In this document: positions 30,915-45,026 of the stretch, one piece after another
Layout: each line of letters begins with the position of its first letter
Position numbering within the stretch: position 1 is the stretch's first letter
DNA from: the human T2T-CHM13v2.0 reference genome, Homo sapiens
Length of the DNA: 64,000 bases
Reading direction: 5' to 3' (one strand)
Assembly: GCF_009914755.1 (NCBI RefSeq)
Contig: NC_060947.1
The notes under the pieces: generated by a model
Seen by the model: only the letters and a program-made list of their open reading frames with translations
The model's database searches: none
Told to the model about the DNA's origin: nothing
Program-made: the position numbers and the translations under genes

Positions 30915-33900
30915 AATTCCCTTTCAAAAATTTATTGTTGAAGTGTGAGTCACACAACATAAGGTTAACCATTTTAAAGTGAGCAATTTAGTGCAATGTG
31001 ATACATTCAAAATTTTGTGCAACTACCACCTGAATCTAATTCCAAAATATTTTAATCACACCCCAAAAAATCCTGTAGCCACTCAGCATTTGCTTACAAT
31101 TCTTTTCTCCCCACTGCTTCTAGTAACTACCAGTCTCTTTTCAGTGTATTTATTTAGTTTGTATGTTTCATATAAACTGAATCATACAAAGTGTGAACTT
31201 TTCTGTCTGGCTTATTTCACTTAGCATAATGTTTTGAGGTTCATCCACATTGTAGCACGCATCAATACCTCATTTTTTAAAAGATAAATAATATTTTATT
31301 GTATGTACAAATGTTTCTTCATCTGTTTGGACATCTCTGGCATTTTGCTATTGTGTATAGTGCTGGTACAGACATGTAAGTACATATATTTATTTAAATA
31401 CATTTTTTATTTATCTTGGGTAAATACTTCAGAGTGGAATTTTTGGAACACACTGGAATTCTATGTTTAACTTTTTGAAGAACTGCCAAACTGTTTTCCA
31501 CAGTAGCTGAACCACTTTACATTTCCACCAGCAATACACAAGAATTCCACTTTCTTCACATACATGCCAACACTTATTTTCTGTTTTGTTGAGTATAGCC
31601 ATCATAGTGGGCATGAAGTGGTATCTCATTGTGGTTTAATTTGCATTTACCTAAAGACTAATTATGCTGATGTTGAACATCTTTTCATGTACTTGTTGGC
31701 TACTTGTGTACTTTCTTTGAATGCATATCTACTAAAATTTTTGCCTATTTTAAAATTGGGTTGTTTGATTTTTTGTTATTGAGATGTAAGGTTTCTTACA
31801 TATTCTGAATCCTAGACTTATCAGATATAAAGTTTGCAAATACTCTCTACCACTATGTAGGTTGTCTTTTCAGTTTCTTGATGATGTTCTTGATGCATAA
31901 ACATTTTAAATTTTGATACAGTCCAATTTATGTACGTTTTATGTTGCTACTTATGCTTCTATGTTTACTCATGTAGTTATCTTCCCTGGAGTGTTTATTT
32001 CTTCTTGTAGTTTCAAGTTATTGTCTATTGTCCTTTCACTTCATCCTGAAGGTCTTCCTTTAACACTTATTGTAAGGATAGATCTATTAGCAAGAAATTC
32101 TCTTAAATTTTAATTATCTAGGAATGTTTAATTTTTTTTATCTTTGAAGGATAGTTTTGCTGGAGATAGAATTATTGGTTGACGTATTTTTTTTTTCTTT
32201 CAAAACTTTACATATGTCATCCCACTCTCTTCTGGCCTTCACAATTTCCTGTGAGAAAATGATTGATAATCTTACTGAGATTATCTTGTACAGAACTAGT
32301 CGTTTCTCTCTGGCTGTTTTCAAGACTCTCCTTGTCTCTGGCTTTTGAGAATGTGTTTATAATGTGTGTCATTGTAGATCTCTTTGGTTTTTTCCTACTT
32401 GAGGTACATTGAATGTGTAGATACATATAGTTTAACAAATTTAAGATGTTCAGGTCATAATTCATTTAAGCATTATTTCTATCCTTTTTTGTTTCTCTTC
32501 TCCTTGTGAGACTTCCCTATTATGTATATTGGTATGCCTGGACCATTCAATTTTCTTCTTTTATTCTTTTTGTTCCTAAAATAATTTTAATCACCCTGTC
32601 TTCAAAATCACTGATTCTTTCTTCTGCCTGATTAAATATGCTATTGAATCTCTCTAGTAATTTTTTTTTCATTTCATATATTTGTACTTTTCAGTTCCGG
32701 GATTTTGATCTAGTTCCTTTTTATAATTTCTACCTCTTTGTTCATATTCTCATTTTGTTCAGACATTGTGTGTTTTTTTCTTTTGGTACACTTTAGTTAT
32801 TCACAAATGGTTTACTTCACTGAACATATTTAAGACTGTTGATTTAAAGTTGTTGTCTAGAAAGTCAAGTAGCTAGGCTTTCCCAGGAACAGTTTCTGTC
32901 AATTTATTTTATTCCTGTGAATGGGCCATACTTTTCTGGGTTTATTTGTGTGCCTTTTAATTTTTGTTGCAAACTGGCATATAGAATATTACGATGTGAT
33001 AACTCTGGATATACTATCTTTCCCTTTCTCCTGGGTTTGCTGTTGTTGATTCTTGAGGGCTGTTGTCTTTTTCTTTAGTGATTTTTCAAATTGTATTTGT
33101 AAAGCCTCTCTTCCATGTTATGTGTGGTCATTGATGTTTCTGTTTGATATCTCAATGGGCAGTGGTTACCTGACAGTGATTTCCTTAAATGCCTGAAGCG
33201 GATGATAAAAATAACACTCTCCTAGTTTTTGCAGCTTAGCTCTGAGCTGATGCCCTTCTTAGTTGTTACTCAAAGTTGCCTAAAAATCTACCTTAGCACT
33301 CATATCCTGCTTATTTGAAGCACAAATCTGGCAGAGGTGAAAGCCTACATCCTTTTAGGTCATTAATAAGCATGTATTTGATCCTGAGCATGCATGTTCA
33401 CAGTGGCCTTTCAGAAACTTTATTTCCCCAGTACGTTTCCTTCTTAGCCTCCACCTTCATAGATTATTTGGTCTGCCTGCTACTTGCCCACACTGCCATC
33501 ACTTGCCTCAGAAGGTATAAATTATATCTTTACATATTTTGATAACTGCCATCACTGTCCAAAAACTGCTTCATTCCAATAGAGGGATGCAAAACAAAGG
33601 TCAGCCTCACTGCTAGTCTATCAGGGAACCACCAAAAAAGGTCAACATGTATATTCATGATGTGAATGTGTTATTTTAAAGTCCATATCAGGCCCTTGGC
33701 ACCAGCAAAATGCACCAAGAATGCAGGGAGGTATCTACTGGGCTACTGACCTACTGAAAAATGGAAGATGGTAAGGAGATGATCAAAAGTGCTACAACAC
33801 TGTCTTATCAAATTTCAACTCTCCTTTTATTCATATAGCAATTCTGTGTTATTTAAAATTTTGGATTAGATTTTTCAGAGTTATGGAGAATTTGATTCTA

Positions 33901-33981
33901 TCACTCCTTTTCAGCTTGTTGTTTCAGTGGAGGAAACAAATATTTTGTACCTTACTCTGCCGTTTTCCATGATGTTAATTG
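30915..33981 (-). mobile_element. L1MB-type element: 3' end, ORF1 and 5' UTR retained, most of ORF2 deleted
   Basis: 3' UTR and ORF2 end at 30930-31955 (ORF 31429-31629: CWHVCEESGILVYCWWKCK). ORF1 at 31960-32900 (ARREWDDICKVLKE). 5' end at ~33975. Candidate TSD aaagaatttt at 30905-30914 and 33982-33991. Confidence 0.82.
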
Positions 33982-34499
33982 AAAGAATTTTGGTGAGGCA
34001 CATACCTGGCTCAAGGACAAATACCAATCTTGGATGGGAAGTGAAGTCATCAACTTGAGTCCAAGCCACATATCTTATGAGAGAAATTAGATTGACTCCC
34101 AGAATTCGTTACTGATTTGCAAACATTGGATTTTAATGAGATTGAGTGTATTACAGAACACATTACATCCACTGGACTGTTAGCAGAAGAAAAACACCAA
34201 TGGAAAGCTACGAAAAAAGTTATCATAAAAGCCTCTATGTGGATTCTTAATTTCTCTTGTAAGTATTTAACTTCTTCTGGAAAAAAAAGAAAAGTGAGTT
34301 CCAAATCAGGTTTAAAGGTATTATCTGAAAACCTGTGCTTTCTGGAAAAAAAGCAGAACTCCATATCTACACTAAAAAGTTAAGTTTCTAGGGGCTGGTA
34401 AAGCATAGACATGACAACTAAAGCTATCATGATACCACAAGCATTCTACTTTCTGTTTTCTTTTCAAAAATATGTAATAAACTATACTCATTAAAAATA

Positions 34500-37400
34500 T
34501 GGCCAAAATCAACCTTGAGCAAAAATAATAAAGCCAGGGTCATCAGACTACCTGGTTTAAAAATCTACTACAAAGCTATAGTAATCAATACAGCTTGGAG
34601 CTACTGGCATAAAAACTGACACAATTGGAAGAGAATAGTGAGCCCAGAAATATATTCAAATATTTATAGTCAATGGATTTTAGCAAAAATGCCAACAACA
34701 CACAATAGTGAAATGACAGTCTCTTCAATAGATGGTGCTGTGAAAACTAGATATTTACAAGCAGAAAAATGAAATAAGAACTTCATCTCACACCATATAT
34801 CAAAAAAATTCAAAATAAATACTTAAATATAATCCATGAAATTTCAAAACTACTAGACAGAAACATAGGGACGAACTCTATGGCATTGGTCTAGGCAAAG
34901 ATTTTTTTCATATGACCCGAAAAGCAAAGGCTAGAAAAGAAAAAGTATACAAGTGAGATTACATTACACTTTTAAAAGCTTCTTCAAAGCCAACAATCAA
35001 CAAAGTGAAGACACAACCTACTAAATGGGAAAAAATATTTTCAAACCATCATCTGATAAGTAGTTAATATCTAAAATATGTGAGGAACTCAAATAATAGT
35101 AAGAGAACAATGTGATTTTATAAAATGAGACATTTATCACAAGAATACATAAAAATGGACAACAGGTATATGAAGAAAGTACTCAGCATCACTAATTATC
35201 AGAGAAATGCAAATTAAAACCACAACAGGATGGCTATTGAAAATGGCTATTATCGAAAAGACAATAGATAACAAGTGTTGGCAAGGATGTGGAGAAAAGG
35301 GAACCATAGTACACTGTTATATGAATATATGAATATGAATATGAAATATGAAAAGGGAACCATAATACACTGTTATATGAATATAAATTAGTACAGCCAT
35401 TATGTAAAACTGTATGTAGGTACCTCAAAAAATAATCAAATAATCCCCTTCCTGGGTATATATCCAAAGATAAAAAATCAGTATGTCAAGGAGATATCTG
35501 TACACCCATGTTTATTACAGTGCTATTCACAATGGCAACGATATGGAATAATACTAAATATCCATCAATAGATGAATAAAGAAAATGTTATATATATTAC
35601 ATATATATTATATATATATATATATATGTATTAGTCTGTTCTCATGGTGCTATGAAGAACTACCTGAGACTTGGTAATTTATAAAGGAAAGAGGTTTAAT
35701 TGACTCACAGTTCCACATGGCTTGTGAGGCCTCAGGAAACTTACAATCATGATGGAAGGCACCTGTTCACAGTGGGGCAGGAGAGAGAATGAGTGAATGC
35801 TGAGTGAAGGGAGAAGCCCCTTATGAAACCATCAGATCTCATGAGAACTCACTCACTATCACGAGAACAGCATGGAAGGCAACCACCCCCATGATTCAAT
35901 TATCTCACACCAGGTTCCTTCCACAACATGTGGGGATTATGGGATTACAATTCAAGATGAGATTTCAGTGGGAACACAAAACTAAACCATATTCATTCCA
36001 CCCATGGCCCCTCTGAAATCTCATGTCCTCACAATTCAAAACACAATCATGCCCTTCCAACAGTTCCCCAAAGTCTTAACACATTCCAGCATTAACTCAA
36101 AAGTCCAAGTCCAAAGTCTCATCCAAGACAAGGCAAGTCTCTTCCACCTATGGGCCAGTAAAATCAAACACAAGTTAGTTCCTTCCAAGATACAATGAGG
36201 ATACAGGCATTGGGTAAATACACCCATTTCAAGTGGGAGAAATTGGCCAAAACAAAGCAGCTACAGGCCCCGCGCAAGTCCAAAATTCAGCAGGGCAGCC
36301 AAATCTTAAAGCTCCAAAATGAGCTCCTTTGACTTCATATCTCACATCTGGGTTAGGCTGCTACAATAGGTGGGCACCCATGGCTTTGTGCAGCTCCACC
36401 CCTGCGGCTTTGCAGGATATAGCCCCACTCCTGGCTGCTTCTACAGGTTGGTGTTGAGAGTCTCCGGCTTTCCCAGGTGCACAGTGGAAGCTGTCAATGG
36501 ATCTACCATTCCGGGGTCTGCGGGACAGTGGTCCTCTTGTCACAGTTCCACGAGGCAATGCCCCAGTGAGGACTGTGTCAGGACTCCAACCCCACATTTC
36601 TCTTCCACACTGCTCTAGAAAAGGTTCTCCATGAGGGCCCTGACCCTGCAGCAAACTTCTGCCTCAACATCCAGGCATTCCCATACATCCTCTGTAATCT
36701 AGGCAGAGTTTCCATATCTCAGTTCTTGACTTCTGTGTATCTGCAGGCTCAACACCACATGGAAGCTGCCAAGGCATGGGGCTTCTACTCTCTGGAGCCA
36801 CGGCCTGAGTTGTACCTCGGCCCCTTTTAGCCATGGCTAGAGCCCAAGTCCCTAGGCTGCACACAGCAGAGAGGCCCAGGGCCCAGCACACAAAACCATA
36901 TTTTCCTCCTAGGTTTTCAGGCCTGTGATGGGAGAGGCTGACATGAAAGTCTCTGACACGTCCCGGAGACATTTTTCCCTTTGTCTTTCAGATTTGCATC
37001 TGGATCCGGCTTGAATTTCACCCCAGAAAATGGGTTTTTTGTTTTCTATCACGTTGTCAGTCTGCAAATTTTCCAATCTTTTATGCTCTGCTTCCTCTTG
37101 GATGATTTGCTGCTTAGAAATTTCTTCTTCCAGATACCCTAAATCATCTCTCTCAAGTTAAAATTTCCACTGATCTCTAGGGCACGGGCGAAATGCTGCC
37201 AGTCTCTTTGCTAAAGCATAGCAAGAGTCACCTTTACTCCAGTTCCCAAGAAGTTTCTCATCTCCATCTGAGACCACCTCAGCCTGGACTTCATTATCCA
37301 TATCACTATCAGCATTTTAGTCAAACCCATTCAACAAGTCTCTAGGAAGTTCCAAACCTTTCCACATCTTCCTGTCTTCTGAGCCCTCCAAGTTTCTAAG

Positions 37401-38430
37401 AAGTTCCAAACTTTCCCACATTTTCCGGTCTTCTTCTGAACCCTTCAAACTGCTCCAACCTCTCCCTGTTGCCCAGTTCCAAAGTTGCTTCTAAATTTTC
37501 AGGTAACTTTATAGCAGCACCCCACTCTCTGCAGTACCAGTTTACTCTATTAGTCTGTTCTCACACTGCTAAGAAGAAATACCTGAGAGTGGGTAATTAA
37601 TAAAGGAAAGAGTTTTAATTGACTCACAGTTCCACATGGCTTCAAAGGCCTCAAAAAACTTACAGTTATGGCAGAAGGCACCTCTTCACAGTGTGGCAGG
37701 AGAATGAGTGAATGCTGAGCGAAGGGGGAAGCCTCTTATGAAACCATCAGATCTCATGAGAACTCACTCACTGTGATGAGAACAGCATGGGGTCAAACCA
37801 CCCCCTTGATTCAATTACCTCCCAACAGGCCCCTCCCTTGACACATGGGGATTATGGGAATACAATTCAAGATGAGATTTGGGTGGGGACAGAAAACTGA
37901 ACCATATCAACATACAAAATGGAATACTATTCAGCTTCAGAAGAGAAGTCCTGTCATTTGCAACTGACAGCAACAATATCAATGAACCTGGAGGACATTG
38001 TGTTAAGTAAAATAAACCAGACCAAAGAAAAAGTCCAATACCAAATTATCTCATATACAGAATATAAAAAGAGTATAAAAAGCAAAAGTCATAGAAACAG
38101 AGAGTGAAATAGTGATTGATTACCAAAGGCTAGGGGGAGGAGAGAGAATTGGGGAGTTGTTGGCAAAAGGACACAAAATTTCAGTTAGGAGGAATAAGTT
38201 TAGGAGATTTATTGCACATAATGGTGACTACAGTTACTAACAATATATTGTATATTTGAAAATTGCTAAAATAGTAGAATTTGAGTGTTCTCACCACAAA
38301 AACTAAGTATGTGAGGAAATGCATAATTTAAATGGCTTGATTTAGCCATTTTACACTGTGTACATATATCAAAACATGTTATAAACCATAAATATATATA
38401 AAATTTACTTATGAATTTAAGTAAATATAT
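34500..38430 (+). mobile_element. L1MA6/7-like ORF2 3' part and 3' UTR, interrupted by THE1C
   Basis: aaaatctactacaaagctatagtaatc... continuing after the LTR element as atggaatactattcagc...ttctcaccacaaaaactaagtatgtgagg. Confidence 0.85.
35627..37909 (-). mobile_element. THE1C MaLR, complete LTR-internal-LTR (3' LTR 35627-35995, internal 35996-37545, 5' LTR 37546-37909)
   Basis: Two similar ~365-bp LTRs, a polypurine tract next to the 3' LTR, and a 5-bp TSD atata/acata. Confidence 0.95.
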
Positions 38431-38439
38431 ATCCTCCAA

Positions 38440-39710
<1,271 letters not shown>

Positions 39711-40676
39711 AACATTAGCATTAATATGGAAGGTTAGGCAAGCTTGAAAGTTTTTTGAGTTCAAAGGGACGTCACAAGTAGAGTCACTTCACCACTGAGA
39801 GAGCCTGTGAATTGTTCTTACCTGTGTTTTCTCAGAGCCAGAAAATTAATGGCAAGAGACTGGACTATGACTCTTTACACAGGAGCACAGTCATACATTT
39901 GTTTTGGAATTAGACCATTTTACTTGTATTTACCAAGCAAAGGACATTCTATGCTGTATCCTCAAGGTCATTTAAAACTGAACACTACCTATTCCATGAC
40001 TAATCTTTCTTTTTTGGGATGAAAGATGGAACCATTGCTAGAAGGTGGTGGAGTTTCCTTGGGTAAGCAACTGTCAACTCCTAATGATAGGATTTGAGAA
40101 CCTGCCTTTCCAATGGAAGAAGTGAAAATTTCACTCAGGATCCACTACAAGATGACAAAGGGTAGAGGTGTTATAATATCTATAATATGTTTAAAATACT
40201 TCTAAGTACATATGCAATATATACAATATATATAATTCTATATATGATATTAATTGTGCATTACTTAAAAGATTTAGTTCAAGCTAACTTAGGTTCAAAT
40301 TATATCATACTTAAGAACTATGCACAGTCTAGGCATGGTCAGCTGGTGCTCCAATGAGTAGACTACATTCAAGGGGCAGCTACTTAAATTGCCTCTGTTT
40401 GTTGTATCTCGATCAACCACCTAGACTTTGCTAACTAACATATTAAATGTCACAAATGAATTTTATTTATGTAATAGTAGCATGTTGACTAGAATAATGA
40501 CTATTATTAATAGACTCATGGGGGAAATGAAAAGTGATTAAGATTTATGGACTGGTTGAATTTAGTGTAGGAGATTTGCTTACCCCTGCACAAAGAGGCC
40601 AATAGACTTTTTCATTTAAAATGGAGCTCAATGCTTGATCTCTATATAGTTATGTGCCCCACTACTAATTTAAGAA

Positions 40677-40846
40677 TATGATTCTTAAAGTTGTCCTCAC
40701 ATTAGAAGTACTTGAAATGCTTTTAGAAACTACTATTGTCAAAGACACACCTCAGCACAATTAAATCAGAATTCTTTGGAAGGATTCCAGGTGTCACTGG
40801 TTTTTAAACTTCTTTGGTGATTGCAATGTGTAACCAAGAACCACTA
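40677..40846. mobile_element. MER5B-type hAT DNA transposon
   Basis: gattcttaaagttg...caattaaatcagaattct...ggtgattgcaatgtgtaaccaagaaccact. Confidence 0.65.
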
Positions 40847-42721
40847 ATCTGAGAGGACGTGTGGTCTTAACTATGATAAGGATTGCAGATTCCGGCCTTT
40901 GCAATGGTTTTGGGTCTGTCTAGAGTGACCTTTTCATGAAAGGAGATAGTTGGCTCACCTAATCAGACTGAAAGCTGGACTTCATGGAACACACAGAATG
41001 GGTTGTATAAACCATTCTTTGCCTGCTTGATAATCAGTTTTTGATGTATCTGTCTACACATGTAGTAGCATTTAAGACTGAATTTACCCTGACAGAGAAG
41101 TTTTTTGAGGAAGCAACAACGCTTAGTCATCTCCAACTTTAGAGCAGCATAGTCTATCAAAAATAAACTAAGGATTACACAAGACCAAATTGGCCTGTTA
41201 CATATCATTGGTTGCTGGGGAGCATTATCTGTTGCCCCTTTAACCATGGGCTGTTTTGCATAAGATAGTCAATATTTTGGAGTACTAAATCCTCGACAGA
41301 AACTTAATTACCATATTTATTAAGAGTAGAGACATTCAATAATAAGTAATTTGTCTTTGATCAGCAAAGCAAAATTGTCCTAAATAGAGAAATATTTACT
41401 TTGTAGTAACCCACCACAAAAGAGAAAGTATGCCCCTTATTATCTTTGTAACTAAATTTAGCACTTGAATTTAGATCTTGAGCTTTTATTTGAACTTAGT
41501 GGTCAAAAATTTAATCTTTGAAATTGAAGGTAAATTTAGTAAATTCTGGTTTGAACTTCTACTTCTTTAAGTCAAGACTTTCTTAGTGAAGGAATTCCCC
41601 CATTCTCCCTTTCTTTCTATTTGCCCTAGAGGTTTTTTATGGTTCAGGGAGATTTATAAATAACCTAGTACTTGGGAATATATGTAATTTATGCATAACT
41701 TAACAATGAAACAAACAAAAACTGGTTTTGGCTGAGATGTATAATCTTATTTGATCTTTTTTGATATCTATCCACTGCCTCTGTGACTCAATGTCCATAT
41801 GCCCATTATTCTGTGGTGCCCAGTTTATTGTGGATCAATGTGTCTTCATTTTCCTAGAATTCTGAGATGTCTCCAAGTCTCCCGTCCAGTTTTAGCCATT
41901 TCTATATCTTTCTGAAGGGTGTAGGCCACTTTAGGATGCTCCCACAACTATCACATTGAGGTACATGCACTCACAATTTATTACTATAAAATTCAGGTGA
42001 CAAAATGGCCTTGTGACTTCTCCAGGGGTCTTTCACTAACTCTTCTTTCAGTTTGGGTTCCACTAAATTATTTCTGGATTTTTTATCGTACAACAAGCTG
42101 TAGGATAGGCCTGGGACATTTCATCCACAACTTAACTTCCTTGATTATCTTTGTTCATTATTTTGCTTTCCCTAAAACAAATACATGGGTTCTTTGTCAG
42201 GACAGGGTCAGAAACCTTTTGAGTTGGGTGCAGATGGCACACAATCAAAGTGTGCCTCTTTCAAGGCTGATTTTATTGGAATGCTAGGCTTTCACAATCT
42301 TTGCGTGTTCTATGAGCTTTAAAAAAATCTACCCAGAAACTCACTTGAGTTCTTTATTCTTAGGTGAATTAGCCCTTCCTTGACTCAAGTAATAACCACT
42401 GACCCAATGGGTAGAGGGCCCCAGATTTTGTTTTTAATGATGGAAAGAAAAACCTTGGTTATTATCAAAATATTATCTTTTGCTACACTTGTAGCAAAAA
42501 CTTGTGGCTAATTGAATGGCTGGACTTGGAATAACATAAGCTATTAGCTTATGTTTAAAGTACTTTGTTGTGAGAAAACTGAGGCTTTGACATGTTAAAT
42601 TACTTGACTGAGAACCCATTGCTAATTAATAGCAACTCTGGGAACAAAAACAAAAACACAGTATTTTTGTACTTCTGGAACCTCAAGAACTTAGACATGA
42701 GAAATGAAGTCACTAGCTCAA

Positions 42722-42880
42722 TATCAATGATTCACAAACATGGCTGTGTGTTAGAATCAACCACAGAGCTACTGAAAAATATAATGACGCTCCCACAGAA
42801 AGTATGCAGATTCAGCAGGGTAAGGTGTGGTCCATGCCTCTATATTTAACAATAATGTCCACACATAATTTCTATGCTTT
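42722..42880. mobile_element. MER5-type fragment
   Basis: caatgattcacaaacatggctgtgtgttagaatcaacc. Confidence 0.5.
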
Positions 42881-43083
42881 ATAAAATAAACAAAGCTGAA
42901 AAGCATGTGTAATACACATGCAATCTACCTCAAATGTTACTATCCTTGGTCGTCTTTTCATCAGCTCTTTGCTGGTTTCCTGAACATGGATGGTAGCCAA
43001 GGGAGGCATTAGCTCTGATATATGCACAGTTTGCGGCAATGATTTTAACACTTTGTGTTCTTCAAAATCCTCTAGGATACTTG

Positions 43084-43363
43084 TTTTTTTTTTTTTCAAA
43101 CCTGTTAGGAGGACTTTCATCAAAAATTAAAGAACAAGTGTTGGCAAGGATGTGGAGAAAAGGGAACATCCGTACATTGTCAGTGGGAAGGCAAATTGAT
43201 GCAGCAACTATGGAAGACAGTAAGGAGGTTCCTCAAACAAAAAAATTAAAGATAGGACTATTATACAATCCAGCAATCCCACTCCTGGATAGAAATCAAG
43301 TGCTCAACATCATTAATAAGTTATTGGAAACTGTGACCTCTAGAAAACTGAGGTATAATTAAA
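43084..43363 (-). pseudogene. L1-mediated orphan retrocopy (antisense L1M fragment plus a DNA-transposon-like piece) with poly(A) and TSD
   Basis: T13 at 43084-43096. TSD taggatactt(g/c)tt at 43073-43085 and 43364-43376. TCTT/AAAA endonuclease site at the right junction. Confidence 0.7.
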
Positions 43364-44832
43364 TAGGATACTTCTTAAAAATGTAATTACAATGTGCCAT
43401 TTTGAAGTTGCATGGAGTGCCTTATAGACATTTGAGAATGGATAATTAACAAATGGTTGTATACTAGAATTTGATCTAAGGCTTACTTTTATTATGATGT
43501 GGAAGTAAGGATTGGGACCCTACTTAACCTTTACTCACTTCAAACCTTTTGGCTTTTTTCATGTATCTACCAAGAAAAAGTTAATAGGTGAGTATGACCA
43601 AGTTAATATGGATCATAAGGCTTATTTATCCAGCATTTGCCTCCAATAGTTGAACTTCTCTTTTTTGGAGGCTGAAAACCATCTATCTCCTGGCTTTGGA
43701 CCATAACCTGGCAGTGAGTAGGAAGTCAGTATACTTGTCTACTGGGGGATTTTCCATGATGACCTGTAAAAACATTTCCCAAAATATTTTTGAGTTTGTT
43801 CCTGGAAGTACAAACTGTCTTCCAAACTTGCAAAATGAGCTGTGATGTTTGCTCAGTGGAGATTTTTTAAATCACTGAATTTTCTGATTGATAAATGTCT
43901 GTTTGGAGAACAGAGAATGTCTGCCAACCACAATCTGCCTCTCAATAATTCTCAGAGAACACAGACGGCAGGAAAGTTTGGACCTCAAAAGCTCTGGAAA
44001 CCCAGGGGTTTCTGTTGAGTTTAATTACTTTGCAGGTAAGACAGAGGACAGATGTATAATACCACTTCCAGCAACAGAGTGAACTTCAGTATCAGCTCAA
44101 ACCATTACTTCTTGGCTCCTTGTATAAATCCCCTTGAATACAGAGACAGGAGGCCAAAAATCTGTGTGGTGAGTGTACTTCCAGACAAGGCAGGTGAGAA
44201 CCCTTAGGAGAAATGCCCCTATCAGGACAATTATTAGGGCAGCCTCATTACCAATGAATTGACATCAGTGGGAGGAAAACCTGAGAGAGGAGGAAGAATA
44301 ATAATGATATAAATAAAACGGAGGAAGCACTGGAAACTAAAACTGCAAAATTAAAGGTGATCCTGGAAGGAAACTAAGGAAATCCTATTTCAGCTAAGAA
44401 CAACGATTTGCTTTATTCTCTGCTCCAGATCCAAAGAAGCTTAAAAATATTAGAAAAGTTAGACACATAAGAAGTGACACCTACAAAGCACCAAAATAAA
44501 CAAAACAATAAGCCTTTTTAATGAAGGAAAACAGCTTCCACTTTGTGACAGGGGCTGATGTCTCCAATACTGAGTTTATTCATTGGGATAGAGGCACTGA
44601 TTGCAGAAAGTTTCTACTGAATGTCAAAAGCCTGTAAGGGGTAACCCTACAAGTCGACATCAACCATAGAAGAGACCCCCAACTCTTTCAGAGCTGAGAC
44701 CTCAAATTACTGGAGGAGGAATTGACTCAAATCCTGAATCACAGGGAAAATAAAGGTCTTAAATGGGAATTAGCATAACTTATCATTTCCAGCACACCTA
44801 TCTGACTACCATTTCTTCAAAACGTAATAGGA

Positions 44833-44968
44833 CAGTAGTTCTCAAAGTGTGATCCTTGGAATAGCAGCAGCAACATCAACTGGAAACTTGTTAGATACAA
44901 GCAGTTTCAGGCTCCATCCTAGACCTACTTATTCAGAAACTCTGGGTAGAGGCCCAGAAATCTGTATC
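44833..44968. mobile_element. MER5A hAT DNA transposon
   Basis: cagtagttctcaaagtgtgatcc...agacctacttattcagaaactctgggtagaggcccagaaatctgt. Confidence 0.8.
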
Positions 44969-44978
44969 TCTGTGTGTA

Positions 44979-44980
<2 letters not shown>

Positions 44981-45025
<45 letters not shown>
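44981..45025. repeat. (GT)22 microsatellite
   Basis: Directly visible tandem repeat. Confidence 0.97.

Positions 45026-45026
<1 letters not shown>

Noticed and set aside
39720-44830. Largest mostly unique stretch as possible exons or enhancer (AP-1-like TGACTCA sites, tataaat and gtgagt motifs near 44120-44200)
   Set aside because: Short motifs at chance frequency with no coherent exon, ORF or CpG island. It cannot be supported without conservation or expression data.
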